Shown here piece by piece: positions 9,392 to 19,787 of a stretch of DNA of 64,000 bases (within the stretch, counting starts at the first letter, position 1; each line of letters opens with the position of its first letter). The notes beneath the pieces were generated by a model. The model did no database searches. It was not told where the DNA came from and saw nothing but the letters and a program-made list of their open reading frames with translations. Both the position numbers and the translations under genes were made by a program. This DNA comes from Candidatus Eiseniibacteriota bacterium (GTDB taxonomy: Bacteria > Eisenbacteria > RBG-16-71-46). The stretch covers positions 64,001 through 128,000 of the forward strand of contig CAVZLN010000003.1 of NCBI GenBank assembly GCA_963776245.1. Reading direction: 5' to 3'.

Positions 9392-10726
9392 TCACACGTA
9401 GAACCACAGCGACTCGGGCTTCTCGAGCAGCTCGCACACCCGGCGCAGGAACTTGACGGCCAGTTCGCCGTCGATCACGCGGTGGTCGAACCCGAGACTC
9501 GCGTTCATCATCCAGCGCGCCACGATCCGGCCGTCGCGGACCACCGCGCGCTCGGCGATCTTGTGCACCCCGAGGATGGCGACCTCGGGCACGTTGATGA
9601 TGGGCGACGAGTTGACGGCGCCGAACACGCCGGCGTTGGTGATGCTGAAGGTGCCGCCCGCGATCTCGTCGGGCTTGAGGCGGTCGGCGCGCGCGCGCGC
9701 CGCGATGTCGTTCACCTCGGTCGCGATCTGCACCAGGTTCTTGCGGTCGCAGTCCTTGACGTTGGGGACGATTAGCCCCTTCTCGTCGCGGCCCACCGCC
9801 AGCCCGATGTTGTAGTACCGCTTGAGCACGATCGCGTCGCCGCGCACCTCGCCGTTCACCCACGGGAACTCCTGGAGCGCGAACGCGACGGCCTTGACGA
9901 AGAACGGCATGTAGGTGAGGCGCACGCCCTGCGCCTCGAGCCGCGGTCCCCATTCCTGCTTGAGCCGCACCAGGGCGCTCATGTCGGCCTCGTCGAAGCA
10001 ATGGGTGTGGGCCGCGGTGTGCTTGGCCTTGATCATGTTCTCGGCGATGAGCTTGCGCACCTTGGTGAAGGGCACGATCTCCTCGCGCGGGCCGCCCGCG
10101 GCGGGGGCGGTCCCGGCGCTCATGAACGCGGGCAGCGGCGCGGCGGCGGCCTGCCGGGCGCCCGGCGCGGCCGCCGGCGCGGCTCCGCGGCGCTCGAGGT
10201 AGGCGATCAGGTCGTCACGCGTCACGCGCCCCGCGAGGCCGCTCCCGATGATGGCGGCGACCTCCCCCGGGCTCACGTTGCGCTCGCGCATCAGGCGGCG
10301 CACCGCGGGCGAGAGATTGCGCGGATCCTCCGCCTCGCCCCCATTCGCCGCGGCGTGCTCGGGGGCCGCGGCGACCGCGACCGGCGCGGCCGGAGCGGCC
10401 GGGGCCCCGCGCGCGGGAGTCGCGGCGGACGCCGACGCCACGGACGCCACCGCCGCGGGCGCCACCGCCGCCACCGCGGCGGCCACCCCGCCGCCCGAGA
10501 GCCGGCCGATCTCGGTGCCGACCAGCACCGTGGTCCCTTCGGCCACCACGATGGCCTCGAGCACGCCCTCGGCCGGCGAGGGGATCTCGACGTTGATCTT
10601 GTCGGTCTGGATCTCGACCAGGGGCTCTTCCTTGCGCACCCGGTCACCGACCTGCTTGAGCCATTTCGAGACCGTTCCTTCCGCGACGCTCTCGCCGAGC
10701 TGCGGGACCACGATCGAGATGGGCAT
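9392..10726 (-). CDS. 2-oxoacid dehydrogenase E2 dihydrolipoamide acyltransferase
   Basis: Lipoyl domain (EIQTDKINVE), E3-binding SPAVRRL...GRVTRDD, catalytic FDHRVIDG. Confidence 0.95.
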   Translation of the reverse strand: MPISIVVPQLGESVAEGTVSKWLKQVGDRVRKEEPLVEIQTDKINVEIPSPAEGVLEAIVVAEGTTVLVGTEIGRLSGGGVAAAVAAVAPAAVASVASASAATPARGAPAAPAAPVAVAAAPEHAAANGGEAEDPRNLSPAVRRLMRERNVSPGEVAAIIGSGLAGRVTRDDLIAYLERRGAAPAAAPGARQAAAAPLPAFMSAGTAPAAGGPREEIVPFTKVRKLIAENMIKAKHTAAHTHCFDEADMSALVRLKQEWGPRLEAQGVRLTYMPFFVKAVAFALQEFPWVNGEVRGDAIVLKRYYNIGLAVGRDEKGLIVPNVKDCDRKNLVQIATEVNDIAARARADRLKPDEIAGGTFSITNAGVFGAVNSSPIINVPEVAILGVHKIAERAVVRDGRIVARWMMNASLGFDHRVIDGELAVKFLRRVCELLEKPESLWFYV

Positions 10727-10839
10727 GGGGTTCCTCCGTGAAGGCCCGCGCTGCGGGCGAAAGGACTACGCGGCTCGAGGCGCGAAGGGCGCGGACGTGC
10801 GGGCGCGCGCCGCGTGGACGGGAGCGGGATCGGGGCGCA

Positions 10840-11352
10840 TCAGGTCGTCCGGGGTCCGCCGTCCGCGCGCTGGCGCTGCGCGAGGCGGTGGCGGCGGCGT
10901 TCCAGCGCGCGCTCGTGCTCGGCGCGCTCCTCGTCGGTCTCGAGGAGCAGGGCGGGCACCGCGGTCGGGCGCCGGGTGGCCGGATCGAGCGCGACGAAGG
11001 TCAGGTACGCGGTGGACGTGTGTCGGCGCTCGCCGGTGAGCAGGTTCTCGGCCTCCACCTCGACCCGGATCTCCATGCTGCTCCTGTCCGCCAGCGTGAT
11101 GCGGGCGTGGATGTTGGCCAGTTCTCCGACCAGGATGGGGGCGGTGAACGCCATCTCGTCGATGGCGGCGGTGACCACCGGGCGGCGGCTGTGGCGGTTG
11201 GCCACCACCGCGGCGGCGAGGTCGATCCAATGCAGCACCGTGCCGCCCAGCACGGTGCCGTGCACGTTGGCCTCGTGCGGGAGCACCAGTTGGGCCATCT
11301 CGGTGGCGGAGTCGCGGACGCGACGTCCGGCGGTGGGGATCTCCGGGGTCAC
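10840..11352 (-). CDS. Acyl-CoA thioesterase (hotdog fold, YciA-like)
   Basis: ANVHGTVLGG...WID, TAYLTFVALD; start estimated. Confidence 0.88.
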   Translation of the reverse strand: MTPEIPTAGRRVRDSATEMAQLVLPHEANVHGTVLGGTVLHWIDLAAAVVANRHSRRPVVTAAIDEMAFTAPILVGELANIHARITLADRSSMEIRVEVEAENLLTGERRHTSTAYLTFVALDPATRRPTAVPALLLETDEERAEHERALERRRHRLAQRQRADGGPRTT

Positions 11353-11486
11353 GAGCGTTCGGATGCCTCCCGGTGCCCGAAGGCGTGGGGGAAACCTGGT
11401 TGGGGCCTGTCGAAGGAGCGGAGTATAGGGGCCGCTCCGGGAGCGGCGCAATCGCGGGCCGCGCGGTGGGACGGGACCACACGCCA

Positions 11487-11518
11487 ACGGCCGGGCCCCC
11501 CGAGGGGAGCCCGGCCGT
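11487..11518 (-). terminator. GC-rich hairpin downstream of secreted OB-fold gene
   Basis: ACGGCCGGGC...GCCCGGCCGT inverted repeat; weak U-tract. Confidence 0.5.
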
Positions 11519-11536
11519 GGCGATCGCTGGCTGCGC

Positions 11537-13606
11537 CTAATCGAGCTTGATACCGCGCAGCGTGTAGGTCTCCGTGCCCACTCTCATCCGATAGAAGTAC
11601 ATCCCGCTGCCGACCTTGCGGCCGCTTTCGTCGAGGCCATTCCACGAGCGTGTGTACTTGCCCGCCTCGAAGTCGCCGTTCGCCAGGGTGGCGATCTTGC
11701 GTCCGGCAAGATCGAAGACCCCCAGATCCACGGAGTTCCTCACCGGCAGACCGAACGCCACGCGCACCGTGCGCGCCGGGTTCGGGGCCACCGCGAACTC
11801 CACCTTGGAAGGCAGCGGGCCGCTCGTACTGAGCACGCCGGGGTCCAGGATGTCCGCGTCGCTGCGCGGCTGGATGCGGAACGCACCGAACGAGAACTGC
11901 ACGATGCCGGTCACGTCGACCACATGGTCCACCACCGGCAGGTAGGTGCGGGTGATGTTGTTGGCGACGAAGAACGTGTCCGGGGCCCACGGCGGGGTCG
12001 CCACGACGCGGAAGTTGCCGCCCGCCACGAACGCGCTGCCACTGTTGTTCGCCACGATCTTGCCATGGCCGAACCGCGCGATGGTGCCCTCGACGTCTTC
12101 GCCATTGTAGATCGCCTGGAGCGCGTCACACGTGGTGTCCGCGATCTGGCCGATCCGGATGTCCACCGGCGTCGGGAGGCTGGCGGTGCCGTAGTCCTGG
12201 ATGTACACCGTGCCCACGACCTCGGTCTCACCGCTGGTGTTCGACGGGAACTCCTGCAGGGCACCGACCACCAGGTAGTCGTGGCCCATGACCAGCGGGC
12301 TGATGGGCGCGAACACCGCGACGCCGCTGCGCGGGCCGCCGGCCGGGTCCATCAGGGTGTAGAGCGCGCCCTGCACACCGGCGCACACGCCGCGCACCGA
12401 GATGCGTGCGGTCCCGCCGTTGTTGCCGCCCAGGAAGTTCGCGTTGTCCTTGCAGCCCGTGACCGACACCAGCGAGTCGGGGTTCGGGCCCTGGATCATC
12501 TGCACCGTGATCACGCCGTTGGTGAAGTTGCGCGTCGCCGCGCTGCTCATCACGAGCCCGTTGGCGAGGCCCGCGATGCCGCTCACCGTGATGGCCTCCG
12601 GGTCGCCGTCGGCGAGACCGTTGTTGATGTCGATGAACACCGCGGACTGCCCGTCCATGGTCGCGCCGGTGATGCCCGCCGTGCCGGTGGACGCCAGCGA
12701 GTAGTTGGTGAGCGTGGTCGCGCTGGCGGTGGTGACGTTGCGGTCGAACACCACGCGCAGGCGCGTGTCGGTCACCGGGTAGGCGTCGGTCACCGCGGGC
12801 GGCGTGGCGACCTGGAGGTCATTGCCGTCGCGCAACTGGATCCGGTAGCCGCGCGCGCGCTGCTCGTAGATGCCCTGCACCCAGTCCACCACCGTGCCGA
12901 CGGCCGGCGGGGCATAGGTCGCGAGCGTGTTGCCGTCCACGAACACCGAGTCGCAGATCGGCCCCAGGCAGGCGGGGTCGACGACCAGGAACGAGTTGTT
13001 GGTGCCGAGGCCGCCGGTGGTCGAGACGCGCCCGACCTTGGTCGGGAAGTTGATCTTGACCAGCATGCCTTCCCAGTTCTCGGCCGTCGTATTGGTGGGC
13101 AGCTCCTGCAGTTCCGCCATGGTGCCGAGGTAGAACGGCGGCAGGGCATTGCCCGACGAGACCCAGCGGCAGAACACGTCGTCGGTGGCCTGACTAGCGT
13201 CGAGACCTTCGATCTCGGTGCCGCCGCCGAAGTCCTGGACCTTGCCGTACTCGACGACCACCGAGTCACCGACCTGGAAGTTGAACGGCGTGCCGGGGCC
13301 CTTGTTGACCGAGCCGGTGAACACGTCGATGCCGCTGAACTTCAGGGTGCCCAGCGGGTCCGAGATCTGGATGTAGAAGCCGAAGCCGGTGGGCTTGGCG
13401 TCGAACCCAGTGATGATCCCGCCCACGCCGCGCACCGTGTCGGGCACGATCGGGTGCGGGGTCGCGAGCGCGGCCTGGATGTTGAAGATCGTCAGCGTGT
13501 CCGGATACAGGGCCCCGGGACCCGGGGGGTACTGCGTCGCGAACGCGCTGGTGGCGAGCGCAAGCGCCGCCAGCGTGAACATCGTGGTGACGGTCATCCT
13601 TCTCAT
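11537..13606 (-). CDS. Secreted protein with two OB-fold-like modules, Ig-like spacer and C-terminal FlgD-Ig/T9SS-type CTD
   Basis: Signal peptide; GFYIQ...SGIDVF...VGDSV...TEI / EGMLVK repeats; CTD VAPNP...VFDLAGRKIATL...WNGLDESG...SGMYFYRM. Confidence 0.75.
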   Translation of the reverse strand: MRRMTVTTMFTLAALALATSAFATQYPPGPGALYPDTLTIFNIQAALATPHPIVPDTVRGVGGIITGFDAKPTGFGFYIQISDPLGTLKFSGIDVFTGSVNKGPGTPFNFQVGDSVVVEYGKVQDFGGGTEIEGLDASQATDDVFCRWVSSGNALPPFYLGTMAELQELPTNTTAENWEGMLVKINFPTKVGRVSTTGGLGTNNSFLVVDPACLGPICDSVFVDGNTLATYAPPAVGTVVDWVQGIYEQRARGYRIQLRDGNDLQVATPPAVTDAYPVTDTRLRVVFDRNVTTASATTLTNYSLASTGTAGITGATMDGQSAVFIDINNGLADGDPEAITVSGIAGLANGLVMSSAATRNFTNGVITVQMIQGPNPDSLVSVTGCKDNANFLGGNNGGTARISVRGVCAGVQGALYTLMDPAGGPRSGVAVFAPISPLVMGHDYLVVGALQEFPSNTSGETEVVGTVYIQDYGTASLPTPVDIRIGQIADTTCDALQAIYNGEDVEGTIARFGHGKIVANNSGSAFVAGGNFRVVATPPWAPDTFFVANNITRTYLPVVDHVVDVTGIVQFSFGAFRIQPRSDADILDPGVLSTSGPLPSKVEFAVAPNPARTVRVAFGLPVRNSVDLGVFDLAGRKIATLANGDFEAGKYTRSWNGLDESGRKVGSGMYFYRMRVGTETYTLRGIKLD

Positions 13607-13986
13607 TTGGATACCCCTCTTGGTTCGCAGGACGTCAGTCATGGGCTGCATGCGGGGTGTAGCGATCGATCGGGCGTGAGCCTCCTTGCGCGGCCAAGCG
13701 CCGATGCCCGCGCCGGACCGAGATCCGGCGCGCCGTTCAATGGGTGAAGTGAACCGATACAAGGATACCAACCGCCGGTCCTAACCACCAATGGATAAGA
13801 ACCCTACGTGTTCCGGGGGAGGGCCGGTCCGGGGCGCCGGAATCGTGCCAGAAGACATCGGGGCGGCTGTCCGTGCGACCAGCGCCGGCGCCGGTTTCCC
13901 GGACGCCTGCCGCTCGGGGAGGGCCGCCAGCCAGCCCGAATGGCCCGTGCCCCGGGAGTACGCGGGGGACGGGGCCGGCCTGCCGA

Positions 13987-15549
13987 TCAGGGGCTAACGC
14001 CCAGATGGTTCTGGAGGATGTTCTTGAAGGCCCGCGCCGCCGCTCCGAGCCCATCGGCCCGGTTCATCGGGAAGGTGACCGCCACCACCCGGCCCTCGTT
14101 CGGCTGGCCCAGGTGCTGGGGCACCGAGACCGCGACCGGCATCGAGATGGGATTGTTCTCCGAGAGTGTTCCCGGAGCGGCCCAGAACAGGCCATCGCCC
14201 GAGCTCCGCAGCGCGAACGCGCGCAGCCCGACCACCAGGAAGGTGAACTTCAGGCTGTCCCCCGTCACCGGGGTGCTCAGGGTGGTGGCGATCGTCCCCG
14301 CGACCGTGCTCCACGAGGCCGATGAGTCCTGGGCGTTCAAGAAACGTTGGTAGAGATAATCGCTGCCCAGATAGTCGGACAGGAACTGGGAGCTGAGCGC
14401 TCCCTGCGCCACTCCCTGCCCGATCAACTCGGTGCCCTCGAGCATCAGCTTGCCGCCCCCGTCGACGTAGGCGCCCAGCGCGCTCTCGTAGGGACCGAGC
14501 AGGCGCACGTCGCCAGCCGGGGTCTTGCTGGTCGTGAAGCGGGTGGTCTGGCTGCCGCGGTACCACAGCACCGCCTTGAACAGCTTGCAGGTCTGTTCCA
14601 CGTCCTTGGCGGAGCGGAACGGCTGGCTGACCTCGAGACGCAGGGTGGAGTAGGTGCCGTTGGCCTGGAGGTGGGTCCGCACGCCATTGGCGTAGAACGC
14701 GTCGGTGCCGAAGAGGCCGGCCGCCCCGGGCTCGCTATTGGGCAGATCGTCGATGATCAGCAGTCGCCCGCGGCCATCGGGCTCGAGGACCCGGGCGGGC
14801 TTGCGCACGCGCCACGAGGCGATCGCCAGCGCTCCCGCCCGTCCTCCGTCGTCGATGGGCTGCACGTACACCGTGCGCGGGACGATGGTGTCGGTCGGAG
14901 CGCCCAGCGAATCGCCCAGCAGGAAGTACGCCGAGGGGATGGTGTACTCGGTGCTGCCGGCCGGGAGGATGGTGTCGTGGGCCGCGCTGCCGTTCAGCCA
15001 GACCCGATAGGTCATCTTCCCGGTGTCGCCGTCCTTGTCGAACGGCGTCCAGCGCAGCGTCAGCGAGTAGAAGGTCTGGTCGGTGGCCAGCGGCGCGTTG
15101 GTGAACACCAGCCTCGGGGGCTCGTTGGTGAACTTGAACGCTTCGACCGCGGGGGTCGGATCGGCCAGTTCCTTGTTGTCGACCGCGCGCACCTCGAACA
15201 CCGGCGGGATGGTGTCGTGCTGGTCGGTGAAGAGCGTGAACACCAGGTCGGTGCGCGACGTGCGCGTCCAACCGACCTTCGCCCGCAGCGTGTCGAGCGG
15301 CTGTCCCGTGGTCAGCGTGTCGAGGAAGCGGTACTCGTAGCGGATCACGTCCCCGTCGGGGTCGCTGCCGAACCAGTAGAGATGGACGATGTGGTTGACG
15401 GCCGTGACCGGGCCCTGCACGAACACCGTGGTCTCGGGCGGCAGGTTCGGCACCAGCATCCGCTTCGGCGAACACGCGCCGGCGAGCGCGGCGAGCGCGG
15501 CGAGCGCCAGCGGAGCGACGAGGGCGAGTCGCGGGGTCCTGCGCGTCAC
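13987..15549 (-). CDS. Hypothetical lipoprotein with FN3/Ig-like N-terminal region
   Basis: Lipobox LAGAC; NLPPET...W.GSDPDG..YEY..FEVRAVDN pattern. Confidence 0.75.
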   Translation of the reverse strand: MTRRTPRLALVAPLALAALAALAGACSPKRMLVPNLPPETTVFVQGPVTAVNHIVHLYWFGSDPDGDVIRYEYRFLDTLTTGQPLDTLRAKVGWTRTSRTDLVFTLFTDQHDTIPPVFEVRAVDNKELADPTPAVEAFKFTNEPPRLVFTNAPLATDQTFYSLTLRWTPFDKDGDTGKMTYRVWLNGSAAHDTILPAGSTEYTIPSAYFLLGDSLGAPTDTIVPRTVYVQPIDDGGRAGALAIASWRVRKPARVLEPDGRGRLLIIDDLPNSEPGAAGLFGTDAFYANGVRTHLQANGTYSTLRLEVSQPFRSAKDVEQTCKLFKAVLWYRGSQTTRFTTSKTPAGDVRLLGPYESALGAYVDGGGKLMLEGTELIGQGVAQGALSSQFLSDYLGSDYLYQRFLNAQDSSASWSTVAGTIATTLSTPVTGDSLKFTFLVVGLRAFALRSSGDGLFWAAPGTLSENNPISMPVAVSVPQHLGQPNEGRVVAVTFPMNRADGLGAAARAFKNILQNHLGVSP

Positions 15550-15550
15550 T

Positions 15551-17629
15551 TTAGAAACCCTCCCGGTCCGACTTCACGATCAGGAACTTGCCCAGCGAGC
15601 GCTTGCCGCCGGCGCGGTCCTCGACCGAGTACAGGTACAGCCCGGTGGCCGCCGCCTGGCCCCGGTCGGTGATCATGTCCCAGCCGAACATGCGGCCCGA
15701 GAGCGTGGCCGGCAGATCGCGGGCCGGGTCGGAGATGCCGCGCGCGTTCTGCCCCCGGTAGACGCCACCATCGAAGTCGGTGGAATACACCATGTCCCCC
15801 GAGAGCGTGTAGATGCGGATGGTGCAGCGCTCGGGGAGGTTCGCGAACCACAGGTAGTGACTGCGCACCTGGGCGCCCTGGTCCCAGCGCGCCTCGACGC
15901 GATAGGGATTGGGGAACACCACCACGCCCTGCCCGGGGCGCTCGCCCGCCGCCGGAGCCGGGATGGCCAGCGTCTTGTTCTGGTTCTTGCCGCTCTCGAG
16001 CGACGTGACCTCGGTGGTGCCGATATCGTACGACGTCACCGCGCAGTAGTACTTGAAGCCATTGCGCAGCGCCGGGACGGTGAACTTGTGCCGATAGGTC
16101 TGACCGTCGACGACGAAGCTGGTGTCGGGACCGAGTCCGGTGTTGAAGCCGGTGGAGTCGTGCGGCACCGGCAGGGCCAGATCGAACTGGGCGATGCACT
16201 TGAGGCTGTCGTCCAGGCGATCGTTGCCGATGTACACCCGGTAGCCCTCGAAGTCGTGCTTGTCCGGCATCGTGCTGGTGGAGTCCACCACGAACTGCGC
16301 GCTGTCGTCCCAGAAGTAGTCGAGCGCCCCGTCACGGGGCACGATCTTCAGGCGCGGCGAGGGCGGCGGGATCGGCAGCCGGTATTGCAGGTCGTACGCC
16401 CGCTGCGCCGTCGCCTTGCGCCGGCGCAGGTCCGCCGGTTCCGGACCGCCGATGATCGCGAAGTCCACCTGGATGGAATCCCCCGGCAGCAGGGTCGGGA
16501 ACGGCCCGACCGACTGCAACGTCACCGGATCGCCGGTCTCGGGCTCGAGGCTGTCGCCCACCAGCGGCTGGATCAGGCCCGAGTTCATCAGCGCGTAGCG
16601 CTCCAGGTCGGTGTCGCGGAGCGCGCTCCCCGGGGCGTAGCCCCAGGCCGCGAGCGTCGTCTTCTTGCTCGACGTGTCGGCGAGGCTCCCGGGCTTCACG
16701 CCGAGGAACGCGAGCCCGATCCAGTACGGCACGCTCTCGAGCCGGCAGCCGCTGGGCACCGGCTTCTGGAGGCAGAAGTGCTCGCGCAGCATCCGCGTGG
16801 TGTCCGCGTCGTACTGGATCCACTTCTTGCTGAACCACGAGCCCGGGCCGCCGCTCGAACTCGGGGGCCAGACGCTGTAGGCGTTCTTGTTGCCGCTCGC
16901 GAACTCGTTGTACGCGCCCACCCAGACGTTCTGGAGCGGCGGGCCGAGGTTCTTGATGGTGAAGTGGAAGAACAGCACGTGCCCGTAGTCCGCGAACGCC
17001 CAGGCGTAGTTGCGCTGGGTCACCAGCACGTTGAGCGGCCGGTGCTTCTCGGTCGTGCCCAGCGCCGTCTTGGCCGGCCGGTCGCTGTAGAACGAACGCA
17101 CGTCCAGTTCACTGACCGCGGCCGGGTCGTAGATGTCGCTGGTGCCGAGGCTCGAACGGCGATCGATGGCGTTGCCGGCGGGCGTGAACTCGGTGGCGTT
17201 CGCGGTCGTCTGCCCGGTCGCGCCGTCCACCGTGCCGGTCACCACGCTGGTGTAGAACTCGCCCTTCTCGGCGTCGAAGGCGACGGCGCCGATCCACAGG
17301 CCGCCGCGCACCAAGTGCTCGTAACCGCTGCCCATCGGATATTCGAGCGAGGGCGCCCGCGAGCCGAAGTTGTTCCCCCAGAAGCCGTAGTTCGTGATCG
17401 TCATCCCGACATTCGACACCGGCTGGTCGCTGGGATTGGCGCTCGGCCACCACGCCTTGTAGAGGATCGAGTCGGTCGCCGACGCGGCCTCGCCGGCCAT
17501 CGGGACGGCCGTGGACGCGTGGTCGAGATCGAGCGCCGGGGCGGGCATGGATGTGTGATCGAGATCGAGCGCCCGCGCGGGCACGGCCAGCGCGGCGGCG
17601 GCGAGCGCCGCGAGCAGGACGCGCCTCAC
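15551..17629 (-). CDS. Exported protein with C-terminal T9SS-like CTD (paralog B)
   Basis: GTG start overlapping upstream stop; signal peptide; TNYGFWGNN...SLEYPMGSGYEHL..GGLWIG; ends VFPNPYR...GLYLYSVED...GKFLIVK. Confidence 0.8.
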   Translation of the reverse strand: MRRVLLAALAAAALAVPARALDLDHTSMPAPALDLDHASTAVPMAGEAASATDSILYKAWWPSANPSDQPVSNVGMTITNYGFWGNNFGSRAPSLEYPMGSGYEHLVRGGLWIGAVAFDAEKGEFYTSVVTGTVDGATGQTTANATEFTPAGNAIDRRSSLGTSDIYDPAAVSELDVRSFYSDRPAKTALGTTEKHRPLNVLVTQRNYAWAFADYGHVLFFHFTIKNLGPPLQNVWVGAYNEFASGNKNAYSVWPPSSSGGPGSWFSKKWIQYDADTTRMLREHFCLQKPVPSGCRLESVPYWIGLAFLGVKPGSLADTSSKKTTLAAWGYAPGSALRDTDLERYALMNSGLIQPLVGDSLEPETGDPVTLQSVGPFPTLLPGDSIQVDFAIIGGPEPADLRRRKATAQRAYDLQYRLPIPPPSPRLKIVPRDGALDYFWDDSAQFVVDSTSTMPDKHDFEGYRVYIGNDRLDDSLKCIAQFDLALPVPHDSTGFNTGLGPDTSFVVDGQTYRHKFTVPALRNGFKYYCAVTSYDIGTTEVTSLESGKNQNKTLAIPAPAAGERPGQGVVVFPNPYRVEARWDQGAQVRSHYLWFANLPERCTIRIYTLSGDMVYSTDFDGGVYRGQNARGISDPARDLPATLSGRMFGWDMITDRGQAAATGLYLYSVEDRAGGKRSLGKFLIVKSDREGF

Positions 17630-18786
17630 GGGCGCCGCTCCAGCCGGAGGACCACGCCCCGTCCGCGGTCGGCGACGTACACGTGCGAACCGTCCGCGTC
17701 GGTGGCCACCGCGACCGGATCCAGGGCATTGGGCTCGAAGTCCACGCGCTGCACGTACAGCTTGTCCGGCCCGAAGCGCAGCACGCGCGCGTTGCCCTCG
17801 TCCACCACGTAGACGAAGCCGTCCAGGTCGGAGTACACGTCCACCGGCTTCTCCAACGGGATGTCCTCGGCCGTGGAGAACGCCGGCTGGTCGCCGGTGG
17901 TGATCGCCGTGTTCGAGACCGCGTCCGAGAAGCGCTGGGCGTAGTTGCGCCCGAACACCGCGCAGTAGATCCCGCCGCCGCCGTAGGGTCCCCAGTGGAG
18001 GCCGCGCGGATCCACCACGTAGCCGAAGCCGGTGCCCTGGTCCACCGACCACGTGAGGTCGCGGTGCCAGTTGGAGCCCGGCATGTTGGGGTCGGGCGGC
18101 CCGCCGCGCAGGTAGCGGCGGATCACCGAGACGAACTTGCGGGTGCGCAGGCGCGGGTCGTCCGGAGCGTCGAGGATGATCGCGGTGCCGGACACGTACA
18201 CGCGCCCCTGCGCGTCGGCGGCCACGCCCTCGACGGACGCCATCGAGGTGTCGGTGAAGGCGCTCTGCACGGCGCCCCCGAACATGGAGTATTCGCGGAC
18301 GTACCAGTAGTGAGCGATGTCGGTGATCCGATTGTTCCAGTGCTGACCGAGGTACTGCCCGGTGGTGTCGCACGTCCCGGTCGTGGGGTTGGTCCGCGCG
18401 ATGCAGGTATCGCCCTGGTCCAGCACGAAGATGCTGCCCCCCCCGGCGCACAGCGCGACCGGGTTGAACAGCTCGGGGAAGTCGATGCCCGCGACCGGCG
18501 TGGGATCCGAGAGTAGGAAGGCCTGCACCCGGCCCCGCGGCGCGGTACCGCCGCCGCCCGGACCATCGTTGAACAGGATGAAGAGCTGCGAGCCCTGCTG
18601 GGTGAGCAGGATGTCCTTCACGCCCTCCATGCCGGGCCAGCTCGCGAGCAGCTTGTAGGCCTTGTCGGGCGGGATGGCGGGCCGGAAGACTTCCTTCGGG
18701 AGGTTGTAGCTCGCGCCGCAACCGAGGGTCAGCCCTTCGAGACCGACCGCCGCGGCGAGGACGAGGGCGTAGCGGATCGCGCGCAT
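17626..18786 (-). CDS. NHL/beta-propeller lipoprotein
   Basis: Lipobox-like TLGC; NHL-like repeats (GVAADAQGRVYV, VYVVDEGNARV, VYVADRG). Confidence 0.75.
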   Translation of the reverse strand: MRAIRYALVLAAAVGLEGLTLGCGASYNLPKEVFRPAIPPDKAYKLLASWPGMEGVKDILLTQQGSQLFILFNDGPGGGGTAPRGRVQAFLLSDPTPVAGIDFPELFNPVALCAGGGSIFVLDQGDTCIARTNPTTGTCDTTGQYLGQHWNNRITDIAHYWYVREYSMFGGAVQSAFTDTSMASVEGVAADAQGRVYVSGTAIILDAPDDPRLRTRKFVSVIRRYLRGGPPDPNMPGSNWHRDLTWSVDQGTGFGYVVDPRGLHWGPYGGGGIYCAVFGRNYAQRFSDAVSNTAITTGDQPAFSTAEDIPLEKPVDVYSDLDGFVYVVDEGNARVLRFGPDKLYVQRVDFEPNALDPVAVATDADGSHVYVADRGRGVVLRLERRP

Positions 18787-19787
18787 CAGAACCGCACCCC
18801 GAGCGAGACGCGGTGCACCGCGCCGAGCGGGCCGCCGTCGGTGTACGCGTAGTCGACCTCGCCGTGCAGCGAGCCCAGCCCGCCGACGAATCCCGCGCCG
18901 GCGGAGAACTTGAGCGCGTCGGCGTTGAAGTTGTAGCCGCTGCGCAGGGCGAACGCGCGCTTCCAGCCCCACTCGATCCCGCTCTTGATGTCCTGCTGGT
19001 TGTCCGCCGGCTGGTCGATCTCGAGCGAGTACGTCAGGCGCTGGTCGGCGCGCTCGATGGCCTCGAACGCCAGCCCGTAGCGGAACATCGTGGGCGAGTC
19101 GAAGCTGTCGTACGAGCGCTGTTCGCCGGGGACCACGTAGGTCCCGCCCGGCTGCAGCTGGCTGCCGAAGTTCGACAGCGAGGTGGCGATGCGCACGCTC
19201 CCGAGGCCGAGGTAGTAGATCGATCCGATGTCGAACAGCGTCGCGCCCATGGTGGGCCCGCCGACGTCCGAACCGAGATCCTCGCGCATGTACTTCAGGC
19301 CCACGCCCACCAGCAGCTTGTCGGTCCAGCGCCGCGCGTAGGCGGCGCCGATGAGCTGGTCGGAGTAGAAGAACGACCGCCCGGTGCCGAAGGGCTGGAG
19401 CTCGGTGGTCTCGTCGATCTCGGTCGAGAGCACGCTGAGCTGGAACGCCAGCGAGCCCCCCAGGCGCTTCACCGGCAGCACGTAGGCGATGTGCTCGTAG
19501 CGCACGTCCGCCGGCCACTCGATGTGCGAGAACGTCACCTCCTGGCGCTGCAGCGAGGCGAGCCCGGCGGGGTTCCAGTAGATCGCCGTCGGGTCGTTGG
19601 CGACCGCGACGAACGACTCGCCGAGCGCGGTCGCGCGCGCGCCCACCGCGATCTTGAGGAAGGTGGCCGACGCGGTGCCGGTGCGCTGCTGGCCGAGCGC
19701 GAACTGCGCCCGCGCCGGCGTCGCGGCGCACCACGCCCCGACCAGCGCGAGCAACGCCCCCAGGACCCGCAGCCTAGAAGTCGACAT
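18786..19787 (-). CDS. PorV/PorQ-family outer-membrane beta-barrel
   Basis: FLKIAVGARATALGE..A.ANDPTAIYWNPAGLA signature; ALRSGY; C-terminal HRVSLGVRF. Confidence 0.88.
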   Translation of the reverse strand: MSTSRLRVLGALLALVGAWCAATPARAQFALGQQRTGTASATFLKIAVGARATALGESFVAVANDPTAIYWNPAGLASLQRQEVTFSHIEWPADVRYEHIAYVLPVKRLGGSLAFQLSVLSTEIDETTELQPFGTGRSFFYSDQLIGAAYARRWTDKLLVGVGLKYMREDLGSDVGGPTMGATLFDIGSIYYLGLGSVRIATSLSNFGSQLQPGGTYVVPGEQRSYDSFDSPTMFRYGLAFEAIERADQRLTYSLEIDQPADNQQDIKSGIEWGWKRAFALRSGYNFNADALKFSAGAGFVGGLGSLHGEVDYAYTDGGPLGAVHRVSLGVRF

